This document shows, piece by piece, positions 1 through 8,569 of a stretch of DNA of 64,000 nt. This DNA is from an uncultured Chloroflexia bacterium (GTDB lineage: Bacteria; Chloroflexota; Limnocylindria; QHBO01). The stretch is taken from assembly GCA_963814375.1 (NCBI GenBank), contig CAWFCQ010000002.1, positions 42,864 to 106,863 of the forward strand, written 5' to 3'. A model generated the notes under the pieces. That model did not search any database, was not told the origin of the DNA, and saw only the letters and a program-made list of their open reading frames with translations. The position numbers and the translations under genes are program-made. How positions within the stretch are numbered: position 1 is the stretch's first letter; each line of letters starts with the position of its first letter.

Positions 1-147
1 GAATGTCGCCAGCGGCGGGCGCGTCTCCTGCGTTGCGTCGGTGGCGCTCGCCGCCTCCTCGCCGCTGGATCCGGGAGCTGCACACGCAGCAACCGCGAGG
101 GCGAGCAGCGGAGCTGCGAGCGAGCGTCGGCGGCCGAGCGTTCTCAT
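1..147 (-). CDS. Putative lipoprotein, N-terminal part (runs off window start)
   Basis: Manual translation from ATG at 147: MRTLGRRRSLAAPLLALAVAACAAPGSSGEE...; basic N-region, hydrophobic stretch, lipobox LAVAAC; open to position 1. Confidence 0.55.
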   Translation of the reverse strand, partial: MRTLGRRRSLAAPLLALAVAACAAPGSSGEEAASATDATQETRPPLATF

Positions 148-165
148 CGGCTCACCCAGACGAGC

Positions 166-369
166 TCAGACGCGGTCGGGTTCCATCGGCTCGTGGCCGG
201 CGCACACCAGCACGGGCAGGGCCGGGTAGCGCGGGTAGGACGGATCGGTCTCGGATCGGCGGCAGCGCCAGAAGGTGCTCCGCGCGGCCTGGATGCGATG
301 GGCATGGCGGCAGGTGCTGCACAGTCCGGGCCAGTCGGGTCGGGATTGCGGTGGTGACGGTTGTTTCAT
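166..369 (-). CDS. Small Cys-rich hypothetical protein (67 aa)
   Basis: GLCSTCRH...FWRCRRS..DPSYPRYPALPVLVCAGHE, four Cys; AAGGA RBS-like element upstream. Confidence 0.6.
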   Translation of the reverse strand: MKQPSPPQSRPDWPGLCSTCRHAHRIQAARSTFWRCRRSETDPSYPRYPALPVLVCAGHEPMEPDRV

Positions 370-489
370 CGATCCTTACCGAAGTGGTCATTGTCGCGCC
401 ATTTGCAGGCCCGATATGCTTGACGCCTACCACTTCGCCTCGTCGTTCGAGCCGACCGGGGAATCGCTCAGCAGGAGGCCCCCACCATC

Positions 490-3318
490 GTGTCCACTGC
501 TCTTCCGTCGCCGATTCAGCGCGGCCTGGTCCTTCTGGTGGCGCTCGCCCTCGCGCTCGCCGCCTTCTTGCCACTCGTCCTCCCATCTCGCGCCGATGCC
601 ATCTCGGCCGACGTCGTCATCAGCGAGTTCCGGACCCGCGGTCCGAACGGCGGAAACGACGAATTCGTCGAGCTCTACAACGGCTCCGCGGCGCCCGTCG
701 ACGTCGGCGGGTGGTCTGTCCGCCGGTCGAACAACATGGGCACGGTCAACACGCAGGTCACGATCCCCGCAGGCACCTTGATCGGGCCCGGCTGCTTCTA
801 TCTCATCACGAACTCGACGGGATACACAGGCCCGACGACGGCCGACCAGAGCTATGGCGTCGGGATCGGCGACGACGGCGGCATTGGCGTCCTTTCCGCC
901 GTCCCGGCAGTCGTCGACGCGGCCGGCATGAGCGTCCTCTCCGCCTTCCAGGAGGGCACGCTGCTCACCCCGCTGGCAACGAACGTCGACCGCGGCTACG
1001 AGCGGTTGCCGGGCGGGACGGCCGGGCACCTCGACACCGACAACAACGCCGCCGACTTCGCGGTGCTGGCACCCAGCAACCCGCAGAACAGCGCCTCGCC
1101 ATGCATCGGCAGCGGCGAGTCGACCGATCCGTTCGGCACCGGCTCGGCGGACCCGGCCAGCGTGCTGCCGGGAGCAAACACCACCCTCAGCGTGACGGTC
1201 ACGCCGGGCACGAACCCGGCCAGCACCGGGGTCACCGTGGTCGCCGACCTGACCGCCATCGGCGGGTCGGCCGCCCAGGCCTTCGCCGATGCCGATGCGG
1301 ATGGGACCTTCACCCATCTCGCAACAGTCGCGGCGGGAACCACGCCGGGGACGAAGTCGCTGCCGGTGACGGTCGGGGATGCCGAGGGTCGCAGCACCAC
1401 CACGAGCATCGGCCTCACGGTGGAGGCTCCCCCGACCGAGATCTGGGAGATCCAGGGCTCGTCGCACCTCTCATCCTTTGACGGCCAGCAGGTGTTCGGC
1501 GTGGAGGGCGTCGTCACCGCGCGTTCCAGCAACGGCTTCTGGATGACCGATCCGACGCCGGATGCCGATCCCGGCACCTCGGACGGGATCTTCGTCTTCC
1601 GTGGCGTCGCCACGGTCGGTGACCTGGTGACGGTCAACGGCACCGTCGACGAGTTCCGCTCCGGCGGTTCCGGCGGATTCGAGAACCTCACGACCACCGA
1701 GATCGTCTCGCCCACGGTGACGCTCGTTAGCGGTGGCAACGCGGTCCCGCGCACCGTCATCGGCGTCGATCGGCTGCCGCCGACGCTCGTCATCGACGAT
1801 GACTCGACCTCCTCGGTCGAGGCCGGCAACGCGGTGTACGACCCGGCCAACGACGGTATCGACTTCTGGGAGAGCCTGGAGGGCATGCTGCTGGAGGTCG
1901 CCGACGCCGTTGCTGTCGGGCCGCGGGCATGCTTCGGCGCCACGTGCAGCTCGAAGGAGATCGCGGTCATCAGCCAGCGCCAGACCGGGGCCGGGGTCCG
2001 CACGTCACGCGGCGGCATCCTGGTTCGCCAGCTCGGGCCGGCCGGTGACTACCGGCCCGGCGACTTCAATCCGGAGCGCCTCATCCTGGCCAGCACGCTG
2101 GCACCGCTGCCCGATGTCAACGTGGGCGATGAGTTCGCCAGCGATCCGGTCGGGGTGCTCGACTACAGCTTCGGCAACTTCAAGCTGTTGGTGACGGCCG
2201 ATCCCGGGCGGGTCGACAACGGGCTGCCGCGCGAGGTGACCGGGCCGGCGGGGTCGCACGACCTCGCCGTGGCCACCTTCAACGTCGAGAACCTCTCGGC
2301 CATCGACGACGATGCCAAGGTCAACCAGCTTGCGGGCCAGATCGTCAACAACCTGCGCTCCCCCGATCTCATCGCGATCGAGGAGATGCAGGACAACAGC
2401 GGCCCGGCCAATGACGGTGTGGTTGCCGCCGACCTGAGCTGGCAGCGCCTCATCGATGCCATCGTGGCGGCCGGCGGACCGTTGTACGACTACCGCCAGA
2501 TCGACCCGGTCAACAACGCCGATGGCGGCCAGCCGGGCGGCAACATCCGGGTCGGCTTCCTCTTCCACTCCGAGCGCGGTCTCAACTTCGTCGACCGACC
2601 GGGCGGCGACGCCGCCACCGACACCGACGTGGTGAGCACGCCGAACGGGAAGGGCGCCCGCCTGACGATCAGCCCGGGACGCGTCCTCGACGCCTCGCTC
2701 GGTGGCGATGCGGCCTTCGAGAACACGCGCAAGTCGCTGGCAGGCGAGTTCCGATTCCGCGGCGAGACGATCTTCGTCGTCGTCAACCACTTCAGCTCGA
2801 AGGGAGACGATCGGCCGCTGTACGGCCACTTCCAGCCGCCGTTCCGCCTGACCGAGTTCGAGTCGGACGTGCCCGAGGACGGGTGGCGTCATGCCCAGGC
2901 GCAGGCGATCAACGACTTCGTCGACGAGGTCCTGGCGGTTGACTCGCGCGCGCACGTGATCGTGCTGGGCGACATCAACGACTTCGACTTCAGCGAGACC
3001 GTCGACATCCTGAGCGGCGAGCGCGTCGCCCTCGACCCGGGTCCGTTCATGCCCGACGCCGATGGCAGCGGGCAGACCGGGCCGGGAGGCGCGGCAGTGC
3101 TCGGGACGCTGTTCGACCTTCTGCCTGCCAACGAGCGCTACTCGTACGTGTTCGACGGCAACAGCCAGGTGCTCGACCAGATCCTGGTGAGCACCTCGAT
3201 CCTGGCACGGACACCGAAGTACGACGTCGTCCACGTCAACGCCGAGTTCTTCGCCCAGGCGAGCGACCACGACCCGTCGGTCATGCTCGTCGCGTTCCAG
3301 CCCAAGAAGGGCAAGTAG
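490..3318 (+). CDS. Secreted lamin-tail-domain / OB-fold / endonuclease-exonuclease-phosphatase (ExeM/YhcR-like) extracellular nuclease
   Basis: Signal peptide; LTD motif VVISEFRTRGPNGGNDEFVELYN; IWEIQG OB-fold start; EEP motifs TFNVENL, IEEMQD, VNHFSSK, LGDIND, SDHDP; AGGAGG RBS before GTG. Confidence 0.9.
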   Translation: MSTALPSPIQRGLVLLVALALALAAFLPLVLPSRADAISADVVISEFRTRGPNGGNDEFVELYNGSAAPVDVGGWSVRRSNNMGTVNTQVTIPAGTLIGPGCFYLITNSTGYTGPTTADQSYGVGIGDDGGIGVLSAVPAVVDAAGMSVLSAFQEGTLLTPLATNVDRGYERLPGGTAGHLDTDNNAADFAVLAPSNPQNSASPCIGSGESTDPFGTGSADPASVLPGANTTLSVTVTPGTNPASTGVTVVADLTAIGGSAAQAFADADADGTFTHLATVAAGTTPGTKSLPVTVGDAEGRSTTTSIGLTVEAPPTEIWEIQGSSHLSSFDGQQVFGVEGVVTARSSNGFWMTDPTPDADPGTSDGIFVFRGVATVGDLVTVNGTVDEFRSGGSGGFENLTTTEIVSPTVTLVSGGNAVPRTVIGVDRLPPTLVIDDDSTSSVEAGNAVYDPANDGIDFWESLEGMLLEVADAVAVGPRACFGATCSSKEIAVISQRQTGAGVRTSRGGILVRQLGPAGDYRPGDFNPERLILASTLAPLPDVNVGDEFASDPVGVLDYSFGNFKLLVTADPGRVDNGLPREVTGPAGSHDLAVATFNVENLSAIDDDAKVNQLAGQIVNNLRSPDLIAIEEMQDNSGPANDGVVAADLSWQRLIDAIVAAGGPLYDYRQIDPVNNADGGQPGGNIRVGFLFHSERGLNFVDRPGGDAATDTDVVSTPNGKGARLTISPGRVLDASLGGDAAFENTRKSLAGEFRFRGETIFVVVNHFSSKGDDRPLYGHFQPPFRLTEFESDVPEDGWRHAQAQAINDFVDEVLAVDSRAHVIVLGDINDFDFSETVDILSGERVALDPGPFMPDADGSGQTGPGGAAVLGTLFDLLPANERYSYVFDGNSQVLDQILVSTSILARTPKYDVVHVNAEFFAQASDHDPSVMLVAFQPKKGK

Positions 3319-3330
3319 GACTGAACCGAG

Positions 3331-3360
3331 AGAGGGCCCGGCCTCAGGACCGGGCCCTCT
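3331..3360 (+). terminator. Hairpin, probable intrinsic terminator after the nuclease gene
   Basis: AGAGGGCCCGG-cctcagga-CCGGGCCCTCT perfect 11-bp stem 12 nt after the stop. Confidence 0.6.
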
Positions 3361-3389
3361 TCATGCCCCCCTGTTGAAGGTCGAGATGA

Positions 3390-3557
3390 TCAGGGCATCC
3401 CCGGGTCCGGCTCATCGCGCGGGGCACCGAGCGGGGGCTGGTCGGCGCCGGGCGCACGCTGCTCGGGCTCATCCGGCACGTCAGTCGGTGCCGGGTCGGG
3501 GTCGCCGTCAGGAGGCATCGGCGGGGCCTCGTCGTCGGGCGGTGGGGTGATGGTCAT
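3390..3557 (-). CDS. Small Pro/Asp/Glu-rich, likely disordered peptide (55 aa)
   Basis: MTITPPPDDEAPPMPPDGDPDPAPTDVPDEPEQ...; fills gap downstream of corA with GC3-rich codons. Confidence 0.4.
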   Translation of the reverse strand: MTITPPPDDEAPPMPPDGDPDPAPTDVPDEPEQRAPGADQPPLGAPRDEPDPGMP

Positions 3558-3558
3558 G

Positions 3559-3579
3559 GGCGCATGCCCTGCATGCGCC
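3559..3579. other. Perfect inverted repeat between corA stop and small peptide start
   Basis: GGCGCATGC-cct-GCATGCGCC. Confidence 0.4.
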
Positions 3580-3586
3580 GTGCCGG

Positions 3587-4573
3587 TCAGAACCAGCCAT
3601 TGCGTCGGAACCACGTGACGGCGGCAACCATCGCGAAGGCCATGAGTGCGAGGGCGAACGGATAGCCGAGCGGCCATGACAGCTCGGGCATGAACATGAA
3701 ATTCATCCCGTAGATCCCGGCGATCAGGGTCGGGACCATGAGCACCACGGTGAAGGCGGTGAGCCGCCTCATGATCACGTTGAGCCCGTTGCTCGCGACG
3801 GTCAGGCGGGCGTCGAGGACGGCCGCCAGGAGCTCGCGATAGACGTCCAGCTGGTCGAGCACCCGCACGAGGTGGTCGTAGAGGTCCTGGTAGTAGGGAA
3901 GCGTCGCCTGATCGACGATGTCGAGGTCGCGCCGCAGAAGCGCGTTCGCCACGTCACGCATCGGCGCCAGGACCCGGCGCAGCTCGAGAAGGCGCCGCTT
4001 CAGATGGAGGATCTCCTCCAGCGTGTCGCGGTCGCCTCGGCCGGCCAGGATGCGATCCTCGAGCGTATCGATGCGATCCGACATCCGGTCGAGCTCGGGG
4101 AAGTAGGAGTCCACTACCGCGTCGAGCAGCGCGTAGAGCAGCTCGCTGACCGTGTCCATGCCGCCGTTGCGTCGCTCGATGAAGCGTCCCCGGACGGCAT
4201 CCAGCATCGGCGTGGCCGCCCAGCACACGCTGAGGATCCAGCCGGGACCAACGAAGAAGTGGATCTCCGAGACACCCGATGGGGCGTCCGGCACAGCCTC
4301 GTAGGCCACGACCATGTGCTGCGTGGCGTACGTGTCGACCTTCGGGCGCTGTCGGCGGCGATGGATGTCCTCGACGGCGAGCGGGTGGAGCTCGAACTCT
4401 CGGCCGAGTGCGGCGATGGTCGCCTCATCCGGCGCGATCGCGCTCACCCACACCAGGGCGCCGGGGCCGCTCCGCAGCTGATCGACGTCATCCACCCGCC
4501 CCGCCGGCAACCGCTCGACGCGGCCGTCGGAGTGACGGGCCAGGATGACGAGCGAGGCGTCGTCCGCGGTCAT
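3587..4573 (-). CDS. corA: CorA family Mg2+/Co2+ transporter
   Basis: ELHPLAVED, RPKVD, GIYGMNF signature, MPEL loop, two C-terminal TM helices; ATG 4573 preceded by TACACT -10 at 7 nt. Confidence 0.92.
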   Translation of the reverse strand: MTADDASLVILARHSDGRVERLPAGRVDDVDQLRSGPGALVWVSAIAPDEATIAALGREFELHPLAVEDIHRRRQRPKVDTYATQHMVVAYEAVPDAPSGVSEIHFFVGPGWILSVCWAATPMLDAVRGRFIERRNGGMDTVSELLYALLDAVVDSYFPELDRMSDRIDTLEDRILAGRGDRDTLEEILHLKRRLLELRRVLAPMRDVANALLRRDLDIVDQATLPYYQDLYDHLVRVLDQLDVYRELLAAVLDARLTVASNGLNVIMRRLTAFTVVLMVPTLIAGIYGMNFMFMPELSWPLGYPFALALMAFAMVAAVTWFRRNGWF

Positions 4574-4607
4574 GGCCGGGAGTGTACGGCCTGTGCCGAC
4601 GGCTGAA

Positions 4608-5027
4608 TCAACCCGCCCAGGACCAGGCGCCGCCCTCGAACCAGCCGTGCAGGAGGTCGCCCTCCGGGCCCCTCGCGAAGACGTCGATTCGCCCCGGCCC
4701 CCAGCTGCAGGCGGTCGGATCCGAGGCCAGCTCGCCGCCGAGCGATTCCCACGCGCTCCAGCCGGCCGGCTCGTACCAACAATGCTGCAGCGAGCCGTCG
4801 CGACCGCGCGCGAAGAGGTCGATCCGATCGGCCCCCCAGCTGCTGGCCGCCGGATCGCCGACGAGCTCGCCGCCCAGCGGCTCCCACCCGTGCCACGCCT
4901 CACCGTCCCAGTAGCGGTTCCAGAGCGAGCCATCGGGCCGGATGGCGAAGACCTGCATCTCGTTCGGCGCCCAGCTCGTGACGGCCGGTGCCGATGCGAG
5001 CTCACCCCCCAACGACTCCCAGACCAT
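4608..5027 (-). CDS. Three-repeat beta-propeller-blade protein, PLL/fucose-lectin-like
   Basis: Three ~45-aa repeats W(E)SLGGEL...P...SW....I.(V/L)FARG.DG.L.H.W; GGAGGT RBS before ATG 5027. Confidence 0.75.
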   Translation of the reverse strand: MVWESLGGELASAPAVTSWAPNEMQVFAIRPDGSLWNRYWDGEAWHGWEPLGGELVGDPAASSWGADRIDLFARGRDGSLQHCWYEPAGWSAWESLGGELASDPTACSWGPGRIDVFARGPEGDLLHGWFEGGAWSWAG

Positions 5028-5096
5028 GTGGCGACCTCCGTCAGCGTTGCTCGTCGGGGACATCATCACCGACGCGTGCGCTCCGCGGCAGCTTCC

Positions 5097-6086
5097 TCAG
5101 CGCTCGACCGACACCAGCGCCGCGACGCGGTCGCGCTCCGAGGTGCGTGCGAAGAGAAAGATGGCGTCGACCACCTCGGACCGGATGGTGAGGGCGGGGA
5201 CGCTCTCCGAAACGGTATGGACGTAGCCGATGCGACCGCTGGTCCAACCTCCCCCGATCGTCACCGGCTGCGGCGCGACGCCACCGTCGTCGGCGAGCGG
5301 CTGGGCGGTGAGGATGTTGCCCTTGGGTCCGTGCCGCACGAGCAGCAGCGCTCCCCCCGGGTCGGCGAGGTCGCGAACGTTGGGTCCGACCCTGCCGCCG
5401 AATGCCGCGGGCAGTCGCTCACCTGGGCCGAGAGGAGCGGTCAGGACGTCGACCTCGCTCGTGGGGCGGAAGATCGGGTAGCCGACTGCCGCCCCGATCA
5501 GGAGCGCGACGCCGAGAAGCGCGGGGAGGATCGAGAGCGGCCAGAGGACGACTCGCTCAGGCTTCGGCGCCTCGTCGAGCTCGACCACCCGGTCCGGCAC
5601 GATTCGCGGTGGCGCGCCGAACACCGTCGCCTCCTGGGGGATCTCCTCCTCCACCGCGACGCCTGCCGCCACGAGGTGGCCGGTGAGGATGGCCTCCTCG
5701 CTCGCTTCGGGCCGATCGGCGGCGGTGATCACGATGGCCCGCAGCGGGTTGGCGGCGTCGACGAACAGCGCGTAATGCCCGGCCACCCCGGTCGGCGACT
5801 CGGTGAGCCGCGCAATGCGACCGCGCAGCCGGACCCAGCCGGCCGGGTCATCGACGGCGCCGTCGAAGACGTTCTGGACCGTCACGTCCTGTGGCTGGGC
5901 GTTCAGCAGCGGCACCGCGATCGGCGACACGGCAACGAGCAGCAGGACAACCCCGAGCGCGACCGGTGCCAGTCGTGCGATCCGGGACGAGGTGCCGCCG
6001 AACGGCCGCCTCATCTGCCAGGCGAGCCAGCCGCATGCTGCCGCGAGACGCCCGCTCATCCGGCGAATCATGCGCGACCCCACCAC
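5097..6086 (-). CDS. Hypothetical membrane protein with two TM segments (start uncertain)
   Basis: Long ORF with biased codons, hydrophobic LAPVALGVVLLLVAV and LWPLSILPALLGVALLIG segments. Confidence 0.65.
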   Translation of the reverse strand: MVGSRMIRRMSGRLAAACGWLAWQMRRPFGGTSSRIARLAPVALGVVLLLVAVSPIAVPLLNAQPQDVTVQNVFDGAVDDPAGWVRLRGRIARLTESPTGVAGHYALFVDAANPLRAIVITAADRPEASEEAILTGHLVAAGVAVEEEIPQEATVFGAPPRIVPDRVVELDEAPKPERVVLWPLSILPALLGVALLIGAAVGYPIFRPTSEVDVLTAPLGPGERLPAAFGGRVGPNVRDLADPGGALLLVRHGPKGNILTAQPLADDGGVAPQPVTIGGGWTSGRIGYVHTVSESVPALTIRSEVVDAIFLFARTSERDRVAALVSVER

Positions 6087-6142
6087 GATTGGCGACCCAC
6101 CTGAAGGTCCCCGCTCGTCCCCCGACCGCCTAACATCGCCGG

Positions 6143-7522
6143 ATGGACCGCTGGCGCACGATCATCGAGCCGTTTCGGATCAAGAGCGTCGAGCCCATCC
6201 GGATGACCAGCGTGTCCGAGCGGGACGAGAAGCTGCGCGAAGCCGGCTACAACCTCTTCAACCTCCACGCCGCCGACGTGCTGATCGACCTGCTCACCGA
6301 CTCGGGGACCGGCGCGATGAGCGCCGAGCAGTGGGCCGGCATCCAGCGCGGTGACGAGTCGTATGCCGGATCGCCCTCGTGGTTCCGGTTCCTCGAGGCA
6401 GTGACCGAGCTGTTCCCGTTCCGGCACGTGATCCCCACCCACCAGGGCCGGGCGGCCGAGAAGATCCTCTTCAGCGTCGTCGCCGGCCCGGGCAAGGTCG
6501 TGCCGTCGAACACCCACTTCGACACGACCCGCGCCAACGTCGAGTTCACCGGCGCCGAGGCGATCGACCTCGTCATCCCGGAGGGCCGCGACCCCGCCGC
6601 CGACCACCCGTTCAAGGGCAACATGGACATCGAGGCCCTCGACACGCTCCTCCGCGAGCGTGGCGCGGAGAGCGTGCCGGTCGTGTTCGTCACGATCACG
6701 AACAACTCCGGCGGCGGCCAGCCCGTGAGCCTGGCCAACCTCCGCGCGGTGCGCGAGGTGTGTGACCGACACGGCGTGCCGCTCTTCCTCGACGCCTGCC
6801 GGTTCGCCGAGAACGCGTGGTTCATCAAGCAGCGCGAGGATGGCTACGCCGATGCATCGGTCACCGCGATCGTGCGCGAGATGGCCGCTCTCGCGGACGG
6901 CATGACGATGTCCGGCAAGAAGGACGCGCTGGCCAACATCGGCGGCTGGCTGGCCATGAACGACGACGGATGGGCGGAGCAATGCCGGAACATGCTCATC
7001 CTGACCGAGGGGTTTCCCACCTACGGCGGACTCGCCGGGCGCGACCTCGAGGCGATGGCGGCCGGCCTGCGGGAGGTGGTCCAGGACGACTACCTGCGCT
7101 ATCGGATCAGGTCCACCGCCTATCTCGGAGAGGCGCTGCTCGAGGCGGGAGTTCCGTGCGTTCGCCCGATCGGCGGGCACGCGGTCTACCTGAACGCGGC
7201 CGCGCTGCTCCCGCACATCCCCGCCCTCGAGTATCCAGGGCAGGCGCTGGCGTGCGCCCTCTACCGCGAGGGAGGCATCCGGGGCTGCGAGATCGGGACC
7301 GTCATGTTCGGGCAGCGCCCCGACGGCACGGAGTCACCCGCGGCGATGGAGCTCGTGCGCCTCGCCATCCCGCGACGCGTCTACACCCAGTCGCACATCG
7401 ACTACGTGATCGAGGTCATCCGCTCGGTGGCGGAGCAGGCGGGCAATCTGCGCGGGATGCGCATCGTCGAGCAACCATCCGCCCTGCGGCACTTCACCGC
7501 GCGCTTCGAACCGATGCAGTAG
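6143..7522 (+). CDS. tnaA: Tryptophanase (tryptophan indole-lyase)
   Basis: EPFRIKSVE, DLLTDSGT, DESYAGS, PTHQGRAAE, PLP Lys in MSGKKD; Trp-type specificity residues Asp in HFDTT and His in LRHFTARF rather than the TPL Thr/Phe. Confidence 0.92.
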   Translation: MDRWRTIIEPFRIKSVEPIRMTSVSERDEKLREAGYNLFNLHAADVLIDLLTDSGTGAMSAEQWAGIQRGDESYAGSPSWFRFLEAVTELFPFRHVIPTHQGRAAEKILFSVVAGPGKVVPSNTHFDTTRANVEFTGAEAIDLVIPEGRDPAADHPFKGNMDIEALDTLLRERGAESVPVVFVTITNNSGGGQPVSLANLRAVREVCDRHGVPLFLDACRFAENAWFIKQREDGYADASVTAIVREMAALADGMTMSGKKDALANIGGWLAMNDDGWAEQCRNMLILTEGFPTYGGLAGRDLEAMAAGLREVVQDDYLRYRIRSTAYLGEALLEAGVPCVRPIGGHAVYLNAAALLPHIPALEYPGQALACALYREGGIRGCEIGTVMFGQRPDGTESPAAMELVRLAIPRRVYTQSHIDYVIEVIRSVAEQAGNLRGMRIVEQPSALRHFTARFEPMQ

Positions 7523-7532
7523 GCGTCGACCC

Positions 7533-8525
7533 TCAGGTCACCCGGATCTCGGCCACCCACTTGATCCAGTCGAGCCCGCGGCGGGTGGGAATCACGAGCC
7601 GGCAGGGGGCGCCATTCGCTGAAGGCAACGGCGCTCCGGCCACGTGGGTCGCGAGCAGGCAATCCGCCAGCTCGTCGCGCCCGAGTGAGACGCTCCAGCC
7701 GGTCACGCTGCGAATGACGACGTACGGCGCGCCGGCATCGGCCCCGGCCGCCGATAGAACCGAGGCGAGTGGCGTGCCCTGCCATCTCGTGCGCAGCGCC
7801 CAGCCGGAGGTGCAGTCGAGCACCTCGTCGCGGTCAATAGCGCCCAGGCCTTCGAGTCCGACGAGGTCCAGCGTCAGAGGGCGCTCGACCCGTCCTGTGA
7901 CCTCCAGCCTCCAGGCAGCCGGATCGAGCGAAGGCGTGCCCTCGCCGTAGAACGTCGTCGGCGGCGGGATGCCGCCGGCGGGCAGCCAGCGCGAGCCGGT
8001 GAACCGCCGCGCGCCGCCCTGAACGGCGTCGAGGAGGTTCGCCGTACCCCACGCGACGGCGCCGAGCGTCGCGATGAGGCCGGTGGCAAGCAGCGTGCGT
8101 CGGCTCATCGTGGGGCCGCCGCGTGGTGCGCGCAGCACCCGCCAGCGCCGAGGGACGAGGTGCAGCAGCACGACCGGAACGGCGGCCAGCGCGGCCCAGA
8201 CGTGCAGTGTCAGGATCGTCCACGGGCCGACCGAGAGGAGGCGCCCGCTCGCCACCCAGCCGAAGCCCCCGACGAGGGCGGCCGCCACCAGCAGCGAGAG
8301 GACGGCGCCGAGGGCCAGTCGCCTCCAGCGGCGATGGCGCACGGCGGGACCGACACTGCGGCGCAGCTTCTCGATCGCCGCCACCAGGAGCGCGCCGCCG
8401 AGGAGGCCGTGGAGCCAGAACAGCGGCGCCGTGGCCGGGACGCCGGCCGACAGCGTCAGGAGGCCGCTCGCCAGCTGCGCGGCGAGCAGGATCGCCAGCA
8501 GCCGATCGAGCGCGGCACCGCTCAC
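7533..8525 (-). CDS. Molybdopterin-dependent (sulfite-oxidase-family) oxidoreductase with N-terminal His-containing membrane domain
   Basis: C-terminal W.LEVTG.V, LDCTSGW (Mo ligand Cys), GAPCRLVIP...WIKWV; four N-terminal TM helices with His; GTG start 6 nt after TAGGCT. Confidence 0.8.
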   Translation of the reverse strand: MSGAALDRLLAILLAAQLASGLLTLSAGVPATAPLFWLHGLLGGALLVAAIEKLRRSVGPAVRHRRWRRLALGAVLSLLVAAALVGGFGWVASGRLLSVGPWTILTLHVWAALAAVPVVLLHLVPRRWRVLRAPRGGPTMSRRTLLATGLIATLGAVAWGTANLLDAVQGGARRFTGSRWLPAGGIPPPTTFYGEGTPSLDPAAWRLEVTGRVERPLTLDLVGLEGLGAIDRDEVLDCTSGWALRTRWQGTPLASVLSAAGADAGAPYVVIRSVTGWSVSLGRDELADCLLATHVAGAPLPSANGAPCRLVIPTRRGLDWIKWVAEIRVT

Positions 8526-8569
8526 CCGGCGAGCCTACGCGCGCGTCGTCCGCGCGGCAACGCCGCGGC

